IMG/VR virus record: IMGVR_UViG_3300009314_000001
Origin: a virus
Taxonomy: Duplodnaviria; Caudoviricetes
Direction: 5' to 3' (one strand)
Length of the DNA: 64,000 nucleotides
Shown here: positions 58,287 through 64,000 of the stretch, in pieces
How the letters are laid out: each line of letters starts with the position of its first letter
How positions within the stretch are numbered: position 1 is the stretch's first letter
The notes under the pieces: model-generated
Told to the model about the DNA's origin: nothing
Database searches by the model: none
What the model saw: only the letters and a program-made list of their open reading frames with translations
Program-made: the position numbers and the translations under genes

Positions 58287-60275
58287 TTATTTTTGTTTAT
58301 CTTCGCTTCTAGTATAGTAAAACTTCTTAGGAGATATAACAGGACCTCCTTGCCCAATCGGAATAGCCCCCAATTGCAAAGTAAAATCATCTAATTGGGC
58401 TTGAGCAGACATCTCAGGAAGCTCATCAGGAGACAAAGTCATCGGCATAAGAAGCATAGCCCCACCCTTATCAAGAAAACGCTGTTGAGCCGCCAAAACC
58501 TCATCATCAGACATTATATTAGGACCAACAGGCTGCTTAAAATCATTCTTACCACCATACGGGATAAGTCCTGCCTCATCACTCAACAAAGCATCATTAG
58601 TCCCAAGCAGTCCTAAACCAGTAGCAATCACAAGGTCATCGTAGTTCCCAGCACCTTCCTCAGCCTCAGTCTTATTGGTATCTCTACCAGCTTTATCGCG
58701 CTTCCTAACATAAGTCTGTATCTGCTTCAGCAACCTCTTACTGTATATGGTGTATCCTTCTTCCTCCTTATCCCTAATAAAGTCTATTAGGAATTTATTG
58801 AGCGTTGGTTTACTCGCTGGAGATGTAGCAAAACCATACGGTGATACCTTTAGAGCTCTCTGATTAGAGCTCGACCCTGGAGCTCTAGGATTATCGTTAA
58901 TATCCTTCTTTCGCCAGATTCTAGGATACATTACATCATATCGCATAGAATCGACTACTGTATCCCCGCCATTATTTCGCTCAATAACTGCCAGAGCACA
59001 ATTGTACCATCTACCTATACGATCAATATATTTTATGAGTTCTCGAGGCAAACATCGAGCCATGAATTCAGCAACTTGCTCCATCGTATCAACATCAAAG
59101 ACCTCAATAGCACTATAATCACGTCCTTTACCCGTTGCTATATCAATCCCCATCACATAAGCATGTGCTCGTGTTCCTTGATCTATTATTACACCAGCTC
59201 TCTTCTTATCTGGTGTGGCAGACACCGGTTGCTTCCATACCCACAAACCTTCCTCCGGCTCCATAAAGTCGAAATCCATTTCTTCGGCTTCGCCAGATAC
59301 AGGATGGACATAAGTCTGATACCCACGTACCTTCTGAGCAGGATCTCGAACCGTCGTCTGCACATGTGCAATAACACTCTCAGAGAGAACTGTGTTACCA
59401 GACCCGATAAAGCTAGCTAGAATTTCCTGCTTGAACTTCCAGGCCTCACCTTGTTCTTGAAGCGCTTTCCATTGTTCCTCTAACCATGGTGACCAATATG
59501 GGCCGTACTTGGCAAGGTCTTCTTTACTTGTGCACCTTCTGATCCCATCACGCGGTGCAATCCTCTTGCGTTGCTTTGATAGCGGATCGGTGAATTCAAT
59601 AACCCAATCCATGTCCCACCAGTTAATGATAAGTGGGTTGAATTGGTTCAATCCTGCCTCGGCATCGGTACAGGTCGACCAATACCAATTACCAACACCA
59701 TTCGTGGTGGAAATGACTATAACATTACCACCATGTTGCAACGTAGGCCAACCACCAGCCCACATCACATCCATACCCTGAATAAATGCGGATTCATCGA
59801 TAATATTCAATGATGATGCATGGGATCGTAGGACATCAGGGTGAGATGTTAAGGACTGGATCCGAGATCCATTGGGAAATACTATCTCATGCTCATTCTG
59901 TTTGACAGGTTCCCAAATTTCTCGCATCCATAATGGTAAATGCTCAAAAAGGAATACCACGTGATCCCGTAGAAAAGACATAGCATCTTCATTTCTACGG
60001 GAGACGATTAGGATTGTTTTGTGGCTATGCATCATCGCGAACCATGTCGCGAATGCACCAGCAATTTTTGATACGCCTGACTGACGGCATTTTCGGAAGA
60101 TATTAAGCCTATTAAGACGGAAGGCTTTGATAGCATCCTTTTGATAGCTAAAAGGATTGAACGGCAGAACGCCAGCAGAAGGGTGCTTCAATTTACCGAA
60201 ATTGCGTAGGAACCAAGTTACAGACGACTGGCACCTCTTAATAACTTGTGCTTGTTGTGCTGTTACTTTCGGCAT
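58287..60275 (-). CDS. terminase large subunit (T4 gp17-like)
   Basis: FNPFSYQ, KCRQSG, IIDESAF, ISTTNG, GIDIATG.GRDYS, IERNNGG, DDLVIA. Confidence 0.95.
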   Translation of the reverse strand: MPKVTAQQAQVIKRCQSSVTWFLRNFGKLKHPSAGVLPFNPFSYQKDAIKAFRLNRLNIFRKCRQSGVSKIAGAFATWFAMMHSHKTILIVSRRNEDAMSFLRDHVVFLFEHLPLWMREIWEPVKQNEHEIVFPNGSRIQSLTSHPDVLRSHASSLNIIDESAFIQGMDVMWAGGWPTLQHGGNVIVISTTNGVGNWYWSTCTDAEAGLNQFNPLIINWWDMDWVIEFTDPLSKQRKRIAPRDGIRRCTSKEDLAKYGPYWSPWLEEQWKALQEQGEAWKFKQEILASFIGSGNTVLSESVIAHVQTTVRDPAQKVRGYQTYVHPVSGEAEEMDFDFMEPEEGLWVWKQPVSATPDKKRAGVIIDQGTRAHAYVMGIDIATGKGRDYSAIEVFDVDTMEQVAEFMARCLPRELIKYIDRIGRWYNCALAVIERNNGGDTVVDSMRYDVMYPRIWRKKDINDNPRAPGSSSNQRALKVSPYGFATSPASKPTLNKFLIDFIRDKEEEGYTIYSKRLLKQIQTYVRKRDKAGRDTNKTEAEEGAGNYDDLVIATGLGLLGTNDALLSDEAGLIPYGGKNDFKQPVGPNIMSDDEVLAAQQRFLDKGGAMLLMPMTLSPDELPEMSAQAQLDDFTLQLGAIPIGQGGPVISPKKFYYTRSEDKQK

Positions 60276-60679
60276 TACATGTCTTTACTGCAAATTAACT
60301 TATTATGTTGTTTGTCGACTATATCAAATCCCATCTTTCCATGTGCTCTTACAGATGCTTTATTATTCATATTAATAAATGCCCATAACTTATCAAACCC
60401 ATGTTTTCTAGCTAATAGCTGATAAAATTCATCCATCAACCCTTTACCTCTAAATTCCGGATCTATTGCTACTTCCGTGAATGGCTTCCCATCATGTACA
60501 AAAAATCCAACAACTCCAAGTGGTATACCGTCTTTAACAACAGTATACATATTAGCACCCTCTCTATCTAATATCATTATATCGGCATGATCTCCAGCAA
60601 TATCCTTATAACCTATACGGAGCTTACGGTGTATAGCTTCCGCTAGGACTCGATCAAGTGTAGATTCAAACCAATTCAT
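60275..60679 (-). CDS. GNAT acetyltransferase with capsid-targeting-like leader
   Basis: VAIDPEFRGKGL, N.ASVRAHGKMGF; N-terminus WFESTLDRVLAE. Confidence 0.8.
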   Translation of the reverse strand: MNWFESTLDRVLAEAIHRKLRIGYKDIAGDHADIMILDREGANMYTVVKDGIPLGVVGFFVHDGKPFTEVAIDPEFRGKGLMDEFYQLLARKHGFDKLWAFINMNNKASVRAHGKMGFDIVDKQHNKLICSKDM

Positions 60680-61305
60680 TAGTATTCGTCTTCGGGTTCC
60701 ATTGGCTGATCTAATACATCATTGAGATCAGTTTGGCCACCCTGGACGTTTTGGTTAAGTATATTAATACCAGCTTTGGTAGCTGCTATCATTCTGGCGT
60801 TGGCTTCCATAATCTTAACAGCAGTCGAATTTATATTAGCTTTTACTTCAACTGCCTTCACCAGACCATCTACCCACATCCTTTGTGGTTGAGTATTAGC
60901 ATTAGTAGCATTATCTATTTGTCCACGTAATAAATCTATGACATCCTGCGTTTCTTGCCTATCAGATCTACATGCCTTCAAGACTTCGTCAGTTACAGCC
61001 TCCAAATTCTCATGGTATTTTGATAGATCAACAACAGGTCTAGCCTCATCACTTGCTATCTCGAAGCTTTCTTCCTGATTAATACCACTAAGATCACGTA
61101 CATCAACAGGACGTAAGGCCTCTTCTGCCGGAAGCAAGTCCTCAGGATCTTCGAGATCTGAATAATCTTCTTCTATTGGTAGTCCAAGAGTCTCGTCATC
61201 AGACTCCTCGATCCCCAATTGATCCATTACTTGTTCTTCTTCTGTTTCATCATCTAATTGGTTCAGAAGATCACCAATCTCTTGGTCTAATTTATCTGCC
61301 ATCAT
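60679..61305 (-). CDS. hypothetical acidic/helical protein (small-terminase candidate by position only)
   Basis: 208 aa, two genes upstream of TerL. Confidence 0.6.
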   Translation of the reverse strand: MMADKLDQEIGDLLNQLDDETEEEQVMDQLGIEESDDETLGLPIEEDYSDLEDPEDLLPAEEALRPVDVRDLSGINQEESFEIASDEARPVVDLSKYHENLEAVTDEVLKACRSDRQETQDVIDLLRGQIDNATNANTQPQRMWVDGLVKAVEVKANINSTAVKIMEANARMIAATKAGINILNQNVQGGQTDLNDVLDQPMEPEDEY

Positions 61306-62116
61306 GAACCCTTAATTCGTGACATAAGCTATTGAGCCAATCTCTATCTATATTAGGTACGCTCATCAACCTTTTAGCAGCAACTAGGAGCATTGGCTTA
61401 TCATTTACTTGTTCTAATATATGTGCAGCAACTTCCTTACCAATATTATTAGCTATAAATTCGGCAGCCTCGGAGAACCTACTATTCTTCAAACTCTTAG
61501 ACATAGTCCTTTCTTGTGTTCTAGAGCTATCACGATGTGCCCGTCTGGCCCCACCTTTATCCTGTTGATGACCTGGCTTTCTCTTTGGTTTGATTCTATC
61601 ACCAAAGCTCGGCAGGCCAGTCTCAGTATGTCCATCGTCATCCTGCCGAATCCCACCCTTCTTAGGCCTCATATGCCTACGCACTCTATTCCTTATAGCT
61701 TCTGGAGATTCTATGAGTGCTTGAAAGTCACCTATTGTAGCAGTACCTTCATCAATTTTCTTTATCACGTCCTCCGCCATTCTATCAAGCTCGGATCCCA
61801 TATCAGGAGGTAAGAATTGTGCTAATCTAGCAACAATCTCTTTTGCATCTTTTAGACCTTCCAAGGCATATTCATTCTCGCCTTTTTCTATAGATACTTC
61901 GATATCATCTATATGATGACTCAACGATAAAAGCTCATTCTGAAGTTGGTCATGACTAAGCTCTGGTTCTTCATCACGTGTATAGAGTTCATCCTGTAGT
62001 TGATCAGATATGTCAGGTTCTAAGAGACTATCTATTTCCCGATCTCGTGTGTATTGTTCTAAGGCATCATCATGTCCATGTAAATGATGCCCAGGAGGAT
62101 ATGCACTTTCTGTCAT
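61292..62116 (-). CDS. hypothetical protein
   Basis: Start moved to MTESAY after AAGGA. Confidence 0.7.
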   Translation of the reverse strand: MTESAYPPGHHLHGHDDALEQYTRDREIDSLLEPDISDQLQDELYTRDEEPELSHDQLQNELLSLSHHIDDIEVSIEKGENEYALEGLKDAKEIVARLAQFLPPDMGSELDRMAEDVIKKIDEGTATIGDFQALIESPEAIRNRVRRHMRPKKGGIRQDDDGHTETGLPSFGDRIKPKRKPGHQQDKGGARRAHRDSSRTQERTMSKSLKNSRFSEAAEFIANNIGKEVAAHILEQVNDKPMLLVAAKRLMSVPNIDRDWLNSLCHELRVHDGR

Positions 62117-62126
62117 CTTTATTTCC

Positions 62127-63776
62127 TTACGGTAAAAATTCTGCTCCACCATGGTCATACTTGAGGTCTTCGACGTCCATCTTCATCATCGGCAGTCTCT
62201 CACCACCGTAGCCCTCATTAACACACAAGTAAGCAAGTTCAGTACAGTATCTCGCAATCCTAACCATGTCCTCATAATTAATTTTATCCGCCGTATCCCT
62301 GCTCGTATGATAATCATTGTGACTACCAGTAAACAACCATACTGCAGGAACACCAGCAGACCTAAATCTGGCATGATCTGATGCGCTACCACTAGTACGA
62401 GTAAGGTCATCAGCAAATGGATACGTAGGACTCAATCTATCAATATAATCATCCCAATCAGCACCAAGTTCTGCCCATTGTATCTCGTGTTCACCGAGTT
62501 TCTGAGAATAGACGTGACCAAATCGATATCTCCCAACCATATCACAATTGATCATAGCAATATGGTCATCAATATCTGGATTTCCCTTCGGGAAAGTCGG
62601 ATTATTGACGTAATATCCAGCACCTATCAAGCCACTCTCTTCGGCCGTATACAATTGAAAAACAATAGTTCTTGGACCCGGCTTCATCAATGAAAAAGCA
62701 TACGCAGCACACATCACGACCACAGAACCAGATGCATTATCATCAGCACCCAATCGACCATTACCCAAATGATCCAAGTGGCCACCTACAACTACAACAT
62801 CATTTTTCAACGCCGGATCAGTACCCTCGATATATGCAAAGAGATTCTCATCACGATAACTACCACTCCAGGTAACTTTCTGCCGCTCCGTCTCCAACCC
62901 CCATTCCTTATACAAATCCTCAATATACTTCACAGCTTTCTGATAACCAGGTCTGTTTGGCCTACGTCCATCAAGTTCTGATGATGCTAGATAATAGAGC
63001 CATTCCTTCTGATCCTCTTGTGTGATTTTCTTAACAGCTTCTTCAACGGGCAAATAAGGTGGAGGCTCTTCTGCATTACCAAAGTTCAAAGGCTCGGCGA
63101 CACCCTGTTTACCAGCTTTATTCTGGCCAGCTTGAATAGTAACAGTAGTACTACCATCATATGTGTTAATCCAGCCATCCTGTAGCACCTCAGATACTGC
63201 ATATGATCCAGCAGATAAATCGGCAAATACATAATGACCTTGATTATTAGTGACTGTTGTCTTATCATTCAGTTTAATAGTCCAACCGGCAAGTCCTGGC
63301 TCATTAGAATCCCAAGTACCGTCATTATCAGTATCATGCCATTTGAAACCTGATATTGAAGACGGAGGCGGCGGCGGAGGTGGCACGAACTTGCCTTTGT
63401 AATGAGCAATATCTGTACCTTCAACTCCTTTACCGGTCACATCCATAACTAGCCGGTGCTCACCAAGTTTGGCCTTCTCTTTGCCCTCGAAAGTCCATGT
63501 TTCATCTGTTTCGAGGACATAGTTTTTATTAGTATCACCACTTTTTAGTGCTAGTTGGATTGGTGCCATACCGGGATCTAATTCCACAGTGTGATTGATA
63601 CTAGACACGGCTACAGAACCGGTATTATCAACTATGCCAGTAATAGTATACTCTGTGTCCTTGTTAATCTCCGGCCCAGGTGGTGTATCTGCAGTATCTC
63701 CATTAATCTGCAGATCAACAGAAATAGCAGGCTGACAACCAGCCAACAATAGCACTAAAAGTAGCAATTTTCTCAT
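62127..63776 (-). CDS. lipoprotein M28 metallopeptidase with Ig-like and SdrD-B/Cna-B domains
   Basis: MRKLLLLVLLLAGC lipobox; SISGFKWHDTDNDG..EPGLAGWTI; GGHLDH, GADDNASG, AEESGL, MINCDMVG, SDH, YHT. Confidence 0.9.
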   Translation of the reverse strand: MRKLLLLVLLLAGCQPAISVDLQINGDTADTPPGPEINKDTEYTITGIVDNTGSVAVSSINHTVELDPGMAPIQLALKSGDTNKNYVLETDETWTFEGKEKAKLGEHRLVMDVTGKGVEGTDIAHYKGKFVPPPPPPPSSISGFKWHDTDNDGTWDSNEPGLAGWTIKLNDKTTVTNNQGHYVFADLSAGSYAVSEVLQDGWINTYDGSTTVTIQAGQNKAGKQGVAEPLNFGNAEEPPPYLPVEEAVKKITQEDQKEWLYYLASSELDGRRPNRPGYQKAVKYIEDLYKEWGLETERQKVTWSGSYRDENLFAYIEGTDPALKNDVVVVGGHLDHLGNGRLGADDNASGSVVVMCAAYAFSLMKPGPRTIVFQLYTAEESGLIGAGYYVNNPTFPKGNPDIDDHIAMINCDMVGRYRFGHVYSQKLGEHEIQWAELGADWDDYIDRLSPTYPFADDLTRTSGSASDHARFRSAGVPAVWLFTGSHNDYHTSRDTADKINYEDMVRIARYCTELAYLCVNEGYGGERLPMMKMDVEDLKYDHGGAEFLP

Positions 63777-64000
63777 CAGATCACAGTCCCTTTTTCGAAC
63801 TTGAAAGTACCAGGCTGACCAGGTACTGGAACAAGAATATGGTCGTATCTCGACCCATCACTATCGATGTGATATGGCCTTCCTCTGATCACAATTCTCT
63901 CGTCAGCAACCTCACCCTTAATCGTACCGTTAAGAGGAGCACAATTAGCGGCTGAAACAAACTTGTAGGAACCAGGATTTGTCGGATCAGATGCAACAAC
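63776..64000 (-). CDS. hypothetical protein, C-terminal part (start beyond window)
   Basis: Open frame ...VVASDPTNPG...FEKGTVI-stop, TGATG-coupled to the peptidase. Confidence 0.7.
   Translation of the reverse strand, partial: VVASDPTNPGSYKFVSAANCAPLNGTIKGEVADERIVIRGRPYHIDSDGSRYDHILVPVPGQPGTFKFEKGTVI

Noticed and set aside
47398-60275. Introns or inteins in terminase, portal or capsid genes
   Set aside because: All are continuous with expected motif spacing; no intein signatures were seen.
60679-61305. Terminase small subunit call
   Set aside because: Supported by position only; no recognisable motif.
1-64000. Stop-codon reassignment, as in some large phages
   Set aside because: Conserved genes are full length in code 11, genes end in all three stops, and coding density is high.

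Overview
Part of a large tailed dsDNA phage genome (Caudoviricetes; size and gene content are consistent with a jumbo phage), standard genetic code, mostly minus-strand genes. The right third holds a T4-like head module: terminase large subunit, portal, a 1007-aa acidic protein, prohead protease, scaffold and major capsid protein. The rest is accessory. It includes nucleotide and DNA enzymes (dUTPase, dTMP kinase, adenine methylase, RarA), two HNH endonucleases, a MoxR AAA ATPase and its vWA partner about 9.3 kb apart, two Nal1-type serine proteases, two collagen-containing fibre-like paralogs and a lipoprotein M28 peptidase. About a dozen glycan-modifying genes are dispersed through the window (sulfotransferases, pyruvyl transferases, KpsS-like, GT-A-like, DegT plus N-acetyltransferase), alongside two radical SAM enzymes. 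Read directly from the sequence: at least 8 ORFs sharing a C-terminal hydrophobic-x-hydrophobic-x-D-P-x-S motif, capsid-targeting-like N-terminal leaders, two non-capsid proteins carrying capsid motifs, a PilC/GspF N-terminal look-alike, a tRNA-like element with an over-long anticodon arm, a CAAAAATA promoter-like motif, a tandem operator and two frameshift lesions. Family assignments rest on motifs recognised by eye; no database searches were run and the host is not determined.
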